Assembly (NCBI GenBank): GCA_013265495.1
Contig: MU057989.1
Span: 1,193,513-1,257,512 of the forward strand
From: Vicugna vicugna
Taxonomy: Eukaryota
Direction: 5' to 3'
DNA: 64,000 bases
This document shows, piece after piece, positions 47,781 to 57,815 of this stretch; the stretch's first letter is position 1, and each line of letters starts with the position of its first letter. The translations under genes and the position numbers were made by a program. The notes below the pieces were generated by a model that was given only the letters and a program-made list of their open reading frames with translations, searched no databases and was not told the DNA's origin.

Positions 47781-48099
47781 ATCAGTTAAGAAGTGGCTGC
47801 CCAAACCAGCTGTCCCAAATCACTTGGGGAACTTACACAAAGAGAGAGAACCTCCAGCCATAGAGCTCAGGACCCTGCACTTTTAAAGGTCCCCAGGTGA
47901 CCTGACCCAGCCAGTGTGGCCCAGATCTGTGGGCTGGCTCTGGGCACCAATGGTACCCCAGGAACGCTCAGTTTTCGGTGTCGCGGGGCCTGGTTCAAGT
48001 CCCAGTTCTGCCACTTTCCTGTGAAAGTCCCGGAGCCCGTTTCACCAGCTTTTAAATGGGGACAGTAATGGGTGACACCATAAATCACCAAATGGTCTG

Positions 48100-48680
48100 G
48101 GACAGAGCAGGGGCTCGCGGGCCGGACTAGCCTCCACCTTGGGCTGCTCGCACGTGTCTGGAGCACACGGCCACCTCACCTGCTGCGCATTTTCCGGCCT
48201 GCCAGGCCCGCCCTGCCTTCCAGCCAGATAGCTCTCCCTGACCCCGCGGCCGCCAGCGCCCGCCTCGGTCCCCATTTCCCGCCAGGCGAGCAGAGGGCGC
48301 ACAGCTCCCGCAGCCTGGCCGGAACTCCTCGCCCCCGTCCCGAAACGGCCCCCGTCCCCTCCCTCACTCGGGCCTCACCATGGCGGCCGTTCTGCCTCTG
48401 GGGGCCCGGGATCCGGCTTCCTGGTCCAGCAGCCCCGACTCAAGGCCTGCCGGTGGGTCAGAGGTCAAGGAAGGCTGCAAAAAGCGCGTGCGCAGGGCAT
48501 GCGCGTTGCCTCAACCATGGAGGGCGGGGTGTGGGCGGTGAAATATGGGGCCTGGGCGGTGTTGGGGCGTGGCCTCCGGAGGCGGGGCCTGTCAGCCTCC
48601 GGCGCTCGAAGACCGAGGGGAGCTGGTGATGGGCGGTCACAATGCTTTTCCTGGGGCGCTAGGAGCTGCAAGATAACCTC
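48100..48680 (-). promoter_or_regulatory. PAM16: PAM16 CpG-island promoter with NRF1, DR1 and GC-box motifs
   Basis: NRF1-like GCGCGTGCGCAG (48484-48495) and GCATGCGC (48497-48504), DR1 GGGTCAgAGGTCA (48455-48467), GC boxes. Confidence 0.85.
48379..48381 (-). CDS. PAM16: PAM16 exon 1 coding part (ATG only); total CDS 375 nt = 124 aa
   Basis: Minus strand acggccgccATG|gtgagg: ideal Kozak context immediately followed by a donor, in a CpG island. Confidence 0.92.
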
Positions 48681-48939
48681 GATCACAGGTAGGGCAGAGA
48701 ATTCTCTTCATTTTGCCAAAATATTTGGGACTAAAAGATATGCAATAAACATACAACACCTCACAAACGTAAGAAGTAAGGTGCCAAACTCTCACAAATA
48801 TTTAAGAAAACAGAAAATTTCAAAATAGGTTTCAGTCCAGCTTCCTTCTGTCTGGAAAGGAGGGCTCTCTCCCTCCGCCAAGTCTTTGTTCAAATGTCAC
48901 CTTCTCAGGGAGGCCCACCCTGACCCACCAACGCTCCAT

Positions 48940-49210
48940 TTCTTTGCTTTTCTAATACCAGCTTTATTGAGAGAGAATTCACACACCATACAATTCACTT
49001 TTGAAATGCACAGTTCAGTGCTTTTTAGTGTATTCATAGTTGTGCAACCATCACTAGTTCCAGAACATCTTCGTCCCCCCTAAAACAAATTCCATGCCCA
49101 TTTCCTCCACCCCCAGCCCCTGGCAACCAACTGGCCTCCTGTCTCTGGATTTGTCTGCTCTGGATGTTCACAGAAATGGGAATCATACTATAGATGGCCT
49201 TTCGTGGTTT
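48940..49210 (-). mobile_element. L1MB-like 3' end inserted into an L2 relic
   Basis: cagctttattgagagagaattcacacaccatacaattcac...cagcccctggcaacca...ggatgttcacagaaatgggaatcatac. Confidence 0.8.
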
Positions 49211-49299
49211 AAACCTCTATTCTTGATCCCTCCTAATTTTTTTTCTAAAGCTCTTATCATATTCTACATTATATCATTCATTCATTTTTATGTTTATTA

Positions 49300-49430
49300 T
49301 ATCTTCCTTCCTACTAGAATGTGGATTCCTGGTGGGCAGGACTTTCACCTCTTCTCCATTCCTGGGCATCAGCACCTGGAAGAGTGGCTGGTACAGAAGG
49401 CACTCAACAAACATTTGTTAAATTAATGAA
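49300..49430 (+). mobile_element. L2 3' end
   Basis: ctactagaatgtggattcctggtgggcagg...cactcaacaaacatttgttaaattaatgaa. Confidence 0.7.
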
Positions 49431-49963
49431 AGTCGGGCTGCCTCGTACTATGCTCTGGATCACTGGCCTTCTTTCCTTTCCTTCAACTCTCCAAATTCTT
49501 CCTTCCCTCAGCGCCCAGGCTATCCTTCCTTTTGTCTTAGGTGTTCTCAGGGGTCTCTCCATGGCTTCGTGGCCTTCAGGTCGTAGCTCTCAGCTTAAAT
49601 GTTGGTTCTCAGACCCTGACTACTGTTTCCCCCCACATCCCAGTTGCCCTTTCACGCAATTTATCTACTTTACAGCTCACCTCACACTATTTGCTTATTT
49701 GCACACGGTCTGGCTCCCCACTGCATTGTAAGACTATACTCAGCGCCTTGAGAAGTCTTGTTAATTACAGTAGCTACCATCCAGAGCCCTGCTGGATACG
49801 AATGTGTTGGATGAATGAATGAACTCCCAGCAGGAGCAAAGTGATGAGGCCTGGGACAAAGGGGAGCCCAGGGCCAAACCACCCTCACCCATACTCCTGT
49901 CCTCTTCCCCTTCCAGCCAGCCCAGAGACTACAACAGCACAAGAGGTGGCCAGCTTAGAAAAG

Positions 49964-49969
49964 TTTAAT
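49964..49969 (-). terminator. CORO7: CORO7 polyadenylation signal (variant ATTAAA)
   Basis: TTTAAT on +, about 630 nt past the stop. I saw no AATAAA nearer the stop. Confidence 0.7.
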
Positions 49970-50593
49970 TGCTGAAAACATCAAGGGCACATGCAGGCTG
50001 GTGGTCCCTGCAGGGCTCACACCACCCTGCCAATTGGGCTATCACTCCTGTGATGCCTATATTCCTCCTGGCTTCAAGCTTGGGGAGCAGAGTGACTGGT
50101 CCCAGGCCCCTGAGGCTGGTGCTGCTCCAAGCGGCCTGGCGGGGGGCCAGCCCCCTAAGCCCTTGACCGGAACTGGAACAGCAGGCAAGATGAGACGGCA
50201 TGTAATATTTGAAGGTGCTGGGCGAAGCCAGCTCAAGCTGGGACCAGCCCAGGTCAGAGTGAGGGGACAGAGAGCCCAGCGCCTGCCCAGGGACATGCCA
50301 CTAAGCCCCCATCCGCACCCATACGCCCCTGGCTCCACATGCTAGCAGGCAGCTGAGAAGCAGTCAGTCCCAGAAAAAGCAAAGATGCGGACAATCCATG
50401 GGAGTTGCAGCAGGGCCCAGCCCAGAGGCCATGGAGGTGCCCAAGACCCAAATGAAGCCAGGGCTTCCAGGATGAGGTGTGCCAGGGCCAAGAGGCATCT
50501 TCCAGTTTGAAGGTGAGACGTGAGGTGTACAAGGGGCACCAGGTGGTTCTAGGAGGTGGCAGCAGGTGAGGCTAGAGGTGGCTGGTGGGCAGG

Positions 50594-50599
50594 CTAGTC
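50594..50599 (-). CDS. CORO7: Coronin 7 terminal exon coding part: GAC TAG (Asp + stop)
   Basis: Acceptor ttatctccccag|GACTAG completes ...VDEDEWD. Confidence 0.92.
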   Translation of the reverse strand, partial: D

Positions 50600-50719
50600 C
50601 TGGGGAGATAAACCAAGATGTGGGAGGGAGCTGAGAGGGCCTGGGGAAGGGGTGGTGCATGCTGCAGAGGTGAGTGAGGGAGGGATGGATGGGATGCTGC
50701 GGCCCACTTGGGCACTCAC

Positions 50720-50806
50720 CCACTCGTCCTCGTCCACACCTTCGAAGGAATCCTGTGGGAGAGGGTCCTCCCGGTTCCCCAGCTTCGCCACCATGGCACT
50801 CAGCAG
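50720..50806 (-). CDS. CORO7: CORO7 penultimate exon (human exon 27 equivalent)
   Basis: LLSAMVAKLGNREDPLPQDSFEGVDEDEW. Phase 0/0, donor gtgagt. Confidence 0.97.
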
Positions 50807-51338
50807 CTGGGAGAGTGGGCAGGGAAGAAGTCGGAAGGAAAGAAGACTTGCGACCCCAAGAATGTCAGATCCCGGTTTGAACCACAGGGTTCAAGAATGT
50901 GGAACAAGGTTAAAGGTTGTGGAAGAGCCCCAACAAAGTTGATGGTTTTTGTTACAAAAGACATCTCAACAGAGATGGGGGAGCCAGAGACAGAGAGACT
51001 GGAACATGGAGCATCAGAGTCACAGGGCAGCTGTCTCTGCATATTGCTTCAGAGGCTCAAATATGCACCAGGATCCCAAGCGCACTTGGTTCTGGTTGGG
51101 TTGGGCCAGGCCAGGTTGGGGTCCCTCTCTGCCTTTGTCTGGCTTCCCAAGCCCTGTGTCCTGGGGGTAGCTGTAGTCAGCTCAGGGCTTTGGAATGTCT
51201 CCCCATTAAGCTGTCTAACTGAGAGGTGGGTGACACCAGCTCCTGTCCCAATCTGGGTTGGACTAGAGAACTGAAGGGCAATCACCAGGTGCAGCCAGGA
51301 CCCCGTGTCCCCAGCAGCTAGCCCTCTCCCACACCTAC

Positions 51339-51430
51339 CTCTTCCTTCTTCTGCTGGTCCGACTTCTCCTCTAAGTAGAGTGCTGAGGGTGGGGCCCGCC
51401 GGGCAGGAGCTTCACGCGGGGCCTGGCTCA
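51339..51430 (-). CDS. CORO7: CORO7 exon 26
   Basis: (V)SQAPREAPARRAPPSALYLEEKSDQQKKEE. 92 nt. Confidence 0.95.
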
Positions 51431-51836
51431 CTGCAGCGGGACAGGAACAAGCGCCAAGCATCAGAGTCCCTGTGAGGGGGGCTCCTAGCCCAACCCTTTG
51501 GTACTAGCCCCTAGGGGATTCTGTGGCAGAGACTCTAGAGATGGCATTAACACCACTCCACCCTTGGTTCACAAGGCCTGTCCTGGGCACCAGGCTGTGT
51601 GAGTGTGCACTTGTGCACATGTGTTGCGGTTGGGGGCTTGTAATGGAAAGACAGAGCCTGGGCCCTGAACTCCAGGGCCTCAGACTGAGCCCAGAGTGCA
51701 GCCATCTCATCCCTGGGAGCACTAGAGGTTTCTGTGTGCCAGCAGGAAAGGAGGGTCAGACTTGGGCCTTCTGCCCCTTTCTCTACCCCCTACCCACTCC
51801 CCTGCTTCATACTTGGCCACACCCACCCCATCCTAC

Positions 51837-51972
51837 CTGGAGTCATGCTTGGCGGCTGCAGGCTGAGAAGCCGGGGCTGCCCGTTAGCACCTCCCAGCCA
51901 GGCCTCAGCACTGAGCACCGGCTCCCAGCTCACGGCTGTGTCTGGGAACACGTCATCCTGGAAGAATTCTTT
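51837..51972 (-). CDS. CORO7: CORO7 exon 25
   Basis: KEFFQDDVFPDTAVSWEPVLSAEAWLGGANGQPRLLSLQPPSMTP. 136 nt. Confidence 0.96.
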
Positions 51973-52231
51973 CTGCAGAGAGGAAGGGGCTGCCCTGAGG
52001 AACCAACCAGAGACCCAGGGCAGAGGCATCCATAGGGAGGGGGGGCATGGCAAGACCCCAGACCCCATCTGGGGCTTCCTTGTGTTTCAGAATGTCAGCA
52101 GAGTAAGGAGGACAGGTGACCCAAAGAGCAGTGAGCAGGGCAGTTTGGTGACAAGGTAAGTCAGGCCCCAAAGCCCCTGACAGGGGCCGGGAATGGGGCT
52201 GGGTGTTGGTGTGCTGGGGCCCCAGCCTCAC

Positions 52232-52348
52232 CCTGACTCGGGGCAGCCGGAAGGCAACAGGCTCCAGGGAGGTCTGGCGAAGTCGCAGGCATCGGGCAAA
52301 CTCCACTTCCTGTACTTCGCACTCTGTCTTGGGCAGAAGGATGAAGCC
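52232..52348 (-). CDS. CORO7: CORO7 exon 24
   Basis: GFILLPKTECEVQEVEFARCLRLRQTSLEPVAFRLPRVR. 117 nt. Confidence 0.96.
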
Positions 52349-52466
52349 CTGGGGTAGCAGGGGAGTCTGAGCTGGGGCTGGAGTCCAGAGCTCACGCTGG
52401 GCACCCGGGCCCCCAGGGTGCCAGGACCCCTCACTTAGGACCACCAGACCAGGGCCTATCCCTGGA

Positions 52467-52845
52467 CAGTGGTGTGATGTTTAACCACCAGCTTTGAGAA
52501 AAACATCCTGACTTGGAGCATTTGCCTATTTCCATGGTATGAAAACTCCCACCGTTGTCAATTTCACACCAGCGTGACCAGGTGAATGCAGATTTGGGAA
52601 GAGACATGCAGTAGCAGCCCGCCATATGGTATTTCTGCCCGCACATGTAAATAACCTCAACAGTACAGACAATAGTAAAATTAAGTAAAATAATTAGGAA
52701 GTGATAAATTAAGTATCTATTGGCTTAGTCTTTAATGTAACTTATTTGAAGGTTCATAAAACCTAACCTTTGCATAGTTTAATTTTTAATGATGGTTGAG
52801 TTTAACAACCAGTTCCCGCGGGCTGCTGGGCACACCTCAGCCCAG
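52467..52845. mobile_element. MER63-like hAT-Blackjack relic in a CORO7 intron
   Basis: cagtggtgtg...atgtttaaccaccagc...ttgcctatttccatggt...aaaactcccaccg...ttgggaagagac resembles recalled MER63. Confidence 0.7.
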
Positions 52846-52944
52846 GGACCGGCTGACCCCACAGGCCCCTGCACTTCCCCACATGGCCATGAGAGGGCGA
52901 GGAGCCCGTGGTCTCACCAAGGGAAGGCGGACCAGGGAGCTCAC

Positions 52945-53034
52945 CTTATGGGGGTCGGGAGACGTGAAGCTGTTGCACTCCAGGAAGAAGGGAGCCTCGG
53001 GTAGCAGCTCATACAGGAACACGCGGGTGTCACC
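52945..53034 (-). CDS. CORO7: CORO7 exon 23
   Basis: GDTRVFLYELLPEAPFFLECNSFTSPDPHK. 90 nt. Confidence 0.96.
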
Positions 53035-53124
53035 CTGGGGGGATGGCAACAGTGAGGTAGCCAGCTCTAGCTCCTCTCCCCAACCTCACTTGCCCAACAC
53101 CCCTGCCTGTGCACCCCGACCCAC

Positions 53125-53266
53125 CTTGCCTGTGAGCAGCACCAGGCTGGTATCCGGGTCGTAGCAGGGCAGCAGGGTCGAGGGAGCCACATCCAGCCCC
53201 AGCACTGCCAAGGGACCACCGGCCAGAGCCTCAGCCGAATACAGGAGTAGCTGACGCTCACTTCGA
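53125..53266 (-). CDS. CORO7: CORO7 exon 22
   Basis: (S)RSERQLLLYSAEALAGGPLAVLGLDVAPSTLLPCYDPDTSLVLLTGK. 142 nt. Confidence 0.95.
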
Positions 53267-54000
53267 CTACGGGGGTGGAGGGGAGAGGGGGGAAGGCGGG
53301 CAGAAGCAGGTCCTTAGAGCAGGGCAAGAACCCTGATCTTGTGGGGCAGGGGCCTGAGGGCCGCCAGGTGGGAGAGGCCTCTGCCCACCCTCCTTCCTGA
53401 CCCAGCCTCAGAACCACCGCCCTGGCCTAATGCAACCTCCTCATCACTTGCTGCCCTGCCTCTTCCCTGACCTCTGCCTTCTCACTCCTGGCCCCAGCAC
53501 CTGCCCTGTGGCCACTACGGCTAAGTCTGGTCTTTACTCCCCACCTTCTGCTCCACACCCTGCACTCCAGCCAGGCTTGGAGTCATTCCACCCAGAGTTG
53601 AACGCCCTCTCCCCCACGTCTCTGGTTACTAGCCCCTTTGTGACTCAGCTCAGATGACACTTTTCTTGGGCGGCCTCCCTGATCCTTCTTCCAGAGCCCC
53701 AGATGTCCATCAATTAGACCTCTCCAGTAGGCTTGGTTCTGTGTTTTGTGTGTTTCACCTGGTCCCCACCAGGCATGGGCTTCTTGCAGCAGGCATGGCT
53801 CTCATCCCACTGGGCTCCCAGCTGACGCATTCCTCCCCATCTCCCTCCCTCGTACCCACCTATCCATGCACCCACCCACCCATCCAAGTGAGGGGTGGGG
53901 ACAGCTTCTGCATGCCTGACAGGTGTATGTATATGTGGGGGAGGGGACACAGGTGGCTACTCAAGTCCGGGGATGGGAATGGTGGTCCCCAAGTCCTCAC

Positions 54001-54086
54001 CTGTCAAAGCCAGACACCAGGAGACAGTGACCATCACACACCCAGACAATGCGGGCTCCACGGGCCCCCTCGGGCCCTGGGCCTTC
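54001..54086 (-). CDS. CORO7: CORO7 exon 21
   Basis: EGPGPEGARGARIVWVCDGHCLLVSGFD. 86 nt. Confidence 0.95.
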
Positions 54087-54165
54087 CTGTCGGGATACAG
54101 CACATGAGGCCCAACCCTGAGCCGCCCGCCAGGTCTGAGGGCCATCCCCAGCCCACCCTGCTCAC

Positions 54166-54270
54166 CTGCAGAGGCTCAGGGCCACTCCGGGGCTCGTAGA
54201 TCCGCAAGTGCCCATCCTTGCAGACAGTGGCCAGCTGCTGCCCATTGGGACTCCAGGCCAGGCCAAAGAT
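54166..54270 (-). CDS. CORO7: CORO7 exon 20
   Basis: IFGLAWSPNGQQLATVCKDGHLRIYEPRSGPEPLQ (WD40). 105 nt. Confidence 0.96.
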
Positions 54271-54343
54271 CTGGAGGCAGGTGGGGACGTGAGAAGCAGC
54301 CTATAGCCCCGTGCCTGGTGGGCTGCCCCTAAAGCTGTTCTAC

Positions 54344-54486
54344 CTGATCCCTGTGGCCCTGTAGTCTCAGCCGCTCGGCTCCAGCCTGAAGGTCCCAGAT
54401 CCGAACAGTGAGGTCATAGGAAGAGGAGGCCAGCACGTCAGCTGCCAGCGGGTGAAAGCGCAGAGAATAGATCTTCTCTGTGTGGC
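54344..54486 (-). CDS. CORO7: CORO7 exon 19
   Basis: (G)HTEKIYSLRFHPLAADVLASSSYDLTVRIWDLQAGAERLRLQGHRDQ (WD40). 143 nt. Confidence 0.96.
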
Positions 54487-54566
54487 CTGGGGGTGAGGCA
54501 TGGGGTGACGCTGAGCCCCTCAGGAGCCACTGCCCACCCCTTGGCCACCACCTGGGCCCACCTAAC

Positions 54567-54653
54567 CTGTGAGCACAGCCTCAGGCATGGTGAGCACCTC
54601 CTTCAGGCCCTCTGGGGGCACCCGCCACAGCCGGATCCTGGCGTCCTCCCCGG
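54567..54653 (-). CDS. CORO7: CORO7 exon 18
   Basis: (A)GEDARIRLWRVPPEGLKEVLTMPEAVLT. 87 nt. Confidence 0.95.
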
Positions 54654-54762
54654 CTGCAGAGAGCGCAGGCTCATCACTGCTGGACCCAAGGCCCCTAGGC
54701 TTCCCTGGCCCCCACTCAGGATCCCGGGACCCTCCCTCAAGCCTAGCGCCCAGCTTCCTTAC

Positions 54763-54871
54763 CCACGGCAAGGCGATGGGGGTCAAAAGGGTCCCAGGCC
54801 AGATCAGACACGGCTGCACCATTCTGCAGCGTGGGCAGTGCTGTGTCCGGCAGACGGCCAGGCTTCCGCAG
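54763..54871 (-). CDS. CORO7: CORO7 exon 17
   Basis: LRKPGRLPDTALPTLQNGAAVSDLAWDPFDPHRLAV. 109 nt. Confidence 0.96.
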
Positions 54872-55114
54872 CTGTAGGAGGTGTCCCCACCCCGAGGCCC
54901 ATCAAAAACAGGCAGAAGAGCCCGGTCCCCAGGGGCTGCAGGGTAAGCAGCATGACTGGGCCCATGCTCTATGCAGCCAATGACGCACTACTGGGTGGCC
55001 CAAGCTCTCTGCCTCGGCTACCTCGTGCTCTGAGCCCCAATTGCCAACTGTGAGGCCCCCAGAAAGTGAGGGGGGCAGCATGGAGTGGTGGGAAGAGCTC
55101 AAGCTTGGGGTTCA

Positions 55115-55225
55115 GGTGGCCTGGGTTCAAATCCCAGCTCCACCACCTACTCAGCATGTGACCTGTTAAGTTACTGAGCCTCTCTGTGCCTCACTGCTCC
55201 CATCTGTAAAATGGGGATAAGAGTG
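55115..55225 (+). mobile_element. MIR SINE
   Basis: cctgggttcaaatcccagctccaccacctactcagcatgtgacc...ctctctgtgcctca...catctgtaaaatggggataa. Confidence 0.8.
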
Positions 55226-55381
55226 GCGCACACACGCATGCACACACACACACCCACCCCGCATGGGGCAGCTGGAAGGATGAGGGGGTTGCTGGGCAAG
55301 CAGTTTGTGCTTTGAGAATGTGAGCTGTTGGGGGCCCTGATGCCCTCAGCATCCTGCAGGGATATGGAGGGGGGCCCTCAC

Positions 55382-55557
55382 CTCGAGCACGGCCACCTGT
55401 CCTCCGCTGCTGAGCAGGGGCACAGCCACACGCAGCCGGTTGGCACAGAAGCCGTCGCTCTCGCCAGGCGTGGTGAGGTTGAGCCCCTTGAGGTTGGTGA
55501 TGTGGCTGTCTCGGTGCAGGACAGTGCCCTGAGCATGCCGGAACTTGGAACTGGGGC
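55382..55557 (-). CDS. CORO7: CORO7 exon 16
   Basis: (G)PSSKFRHAQGTVLHRDSHITNLKGLNLTTPGESDGFCANRLRVAVPLLSSGGQVAVLE, the start of the second coronin repeat. 176 nt. Confidence 0.97.
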
Positions 55558-55921
55558 CTGGCAGGCGGTAGGGACACAAGGCCATGTGAGGTGAGAATGC
55601 CCTACCTGCCTACCCTGGGCTGTCCTGCAGGAGGACCCTGTGTCTGGGCTGCCTGTTCCTCCCTGGAAAGGATCGTGCAGGATGTGTGCCCGGGCGTCTG
55701 CTGGTCCAGCCAAAACAACTCGCCCAGAATGGTGCCTGGGAACGAGACTGGAGGTATCTCAGAATGTCTAGGCCATCTTTTTACAGAGGAGACTCACCTT
55801 ATCTCACAAGGAAGTGGCTCCTCCAGGAGGGGAGGCAGGACTGCAGTACAGAGGAAGCTGGCTGGGGTGGGGACCAACGGGGCTTCTGTGGCAGGGGGTT
55901 AGTCCCCCACCATGCGCTTAC

Positions 55922-56048
55922 CCAGCAGGCTCTGCAGGGACCTCTGGCTGGGGCTAGTGCCAATGCCGCTGGTGCTGGAGAGCGAGGGCCCCAGGCTGGA
56001 GGGCGTGGGGGGTGAGGTCAGCGAGCTGGGCGGGGAGGAGAAGCCCTC
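55922..56048 (-). CDS. CORO7: CORO7 exon 15 (Ser/Thr-rich linker)
   Basis: EGFSSPPSSLTSPPTPSSLGPSLSSTSGIGTSPSQRSLQSLL. 127 nt. Confidence 0.96.
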
Positions 56049-56487
56049 CTGTGGAGAAGCACCTTTGAGGTTGGGGGTGGTTGGCCAAAGAGAAAAGGGG
56101 GTGCTGGAGCCACTGCTTTGGGACATTGGGCCAGGCATGAAGCCCCATTGTGGGACGTGGGGTGGGGACGCAGTTGCAGAGGCCGACAGGCCAGTGGTAA
56201 CATAGAGGGCAGCTGAGCTTCAGTATAGGGGACAGCAGGTGACAGCTGCTGGCTTCTGATTTTGTGGGAGGTTGGGCTCAGAGCGATTACAATTTTTCAA
56301 GGGAAGCTAGAAATCTAGATTTTCATGTAATAGTCTCCCTTTCTAAGTGTCTGCTCAATTTAGAGAACACTGAGTTTCTTCACTCATGCTTCTTGTGTTT
56401 CTGGAAACCATTGAGCAGGCCACACACTCCTGCCCTAACTTGGGGTCCCCACAATGGGGAGGCTGGGGGGGCCACGCTGGCACTCAC

Positions 56488-56619
56488 GCTGGGGTCCGAG
56501 TCACCCACAGGTGTCTCTGCAGGCTGGGCTGCATCAGGGGTGGGCTCTGCAGGGGGCACCAGGCAGGAAGTGAAGCTGGGGTGGGGCCGGCGGGCTGGGT
56601 GGAGACTGACCCTCTGCAC
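56488..56619 (-). CDS. CORO7: CORO7 exon 14
   Basis: VQRVSLHPARRPHPSFTSCLVPPAEPTPDAAQPAETPVGDSDPS. 132 nt. Confidence 0.94.
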
Positions 56620-56764
56620 CTGTGAGGAGAGGCCAGCAGTTAAGGCAGGTGGAGTGGGGGGTGGGGATGGGGGACATGCGGCAGCTGAGTTGGCACACAA
56701 CTGGACTGCATGCGGTGCTGCCGGTGGTGGAGGCTGGGAGTGGTCAGCCAGGCCTTGGTCCTAC

Positions 56765-56857
56765 CTGCTGGTTGTCCCCAGCCCACCAGGCATGGGGGTC
56801 GGAGGCAGGCACACAGCCTGCAGTGTCCGGGAACAGGTCCTCGTGGAACTCCACAGC
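56765..56857 (-). CDS. CORO7: CORO7 exon 13
   Basis: AVEFHEDLFPDTAGCVPASDPHAWWAGDNQQ. 93 nt. Confidence 0.96.
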
Positions 56858-56942
56858 CTAGGGGAAAACAGGCACATGGCTGGTGAGGTCAGGTCCTCCA
56901 GGCCCTCCAGGCCCTCGCAGCCCCTCGCCCAGGACCCCTTAC

Positions 56943-57088
56943 CTTGCGGGGCACGTGGTAGCTGATGGGCACGATGGCCGTGTCACTCAGCTGCAGGACT
57001 CGGAGCACCTCGCAGCCCATGACAGCCAGTGCCCGCCGGGGCACAAGGGCTGCCCCTCGCAGTGCGCTCTCCAGGAGGCACTGGGTAA
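56943..57088 (-). CDS. CORO7: CORO7 exon 12
   Basis: (V)TQCLLESALRGAALVPRRALAVMGCEVLRVLQLSDTAIVPISYHVPRK. 146 nt. Confidence 0.96.
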
Positions 57089-57166
57089 CTGTTGGGGACA
57101 CCGTGGAGGACAGTCAGGGTGGGTGTGGGAGTGGAGGGTGCAACGGGGCGGAAAAGCAGGACTTAC

Positions 57167-57224
57167 CTGGGATCAGTGCCGGCTGCTGGGCGGCCACCTC
57201 GTAGCAGTACAGCTGACTCTCGCC
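57167..57224 (-). CDS. CORO7: CORO7 exon 11
   Basis: GESQLYCYEVAAQQPALIP. 58 nt. Confidence 0.94.
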
Positions 57225-57760
57225 CTGAAACAAGCCCCAAAAACGTGCTCCTGACTGACCGTGCTGGTGGCCTGGGCTGCCCAGCTCTAGCTCCAGCTGC
57301 CCCTCCCTCCCCAAGGACAGAGGCACAGAGCCATGGCAGACATCAGTTGGGTGCTGACGTGTGCTGGGCACTGAGCTGAGCCCTTGGCTGACTCTGCCCC
57401 TCCAGTTCATCATCACTGTGCACAGAGTGAGCACCAGGGGTATATATTTAGTATTACAAAGTGCCTTTTGTGTGCAAACTCTGCTCTGTTCTCAGCCTTG
57501 TTCTCAGGAAGCTGACGTTCTACAGAGTTACGTTCACCCTGACTGCATGGATGGAGACTTAGAGGCCCACATGCCTTTGACATCAGGAGCCCCTGATGAT
57601 GGTGGAGCCCAAGCAACCCTGTTCTAGCTCCTCCTTCTTGGGGGCTGGATAGCAACCTGCAAGCCCCACTTTCCTAGCTGGCTGGCCAGGTCAGAGGTCA
57701 GGGTCCGGTCTGGCAAATGAGGGCACCAGCCCTGGGGACACTACATGTGTAGGGGCTCAC

Positions 57761-57815
57761 CTCTCCTGCCAGGACCAGGAGCCCGGAGTCTAGGTCCAGT
57801 AGGGGCATCAGAGAC
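57761..57815 (-). CDS. CORO7: CORO7 exon 10 (most 5' exon in the window; exons 1-9 lie beyond 64000)
   Basis: (G)SLMPLLDLDSGLLVLAGE. cag/gtgag. 55 nt, phase 2/0. Confidence 0.92.

Noticed and set aside
57089-57166. 78-nt (3n) CORO7 intron as an in-frame retention candidate
   Set aside because: It contains an in-frame stop (57114-57116), so retention would give a premature stop.
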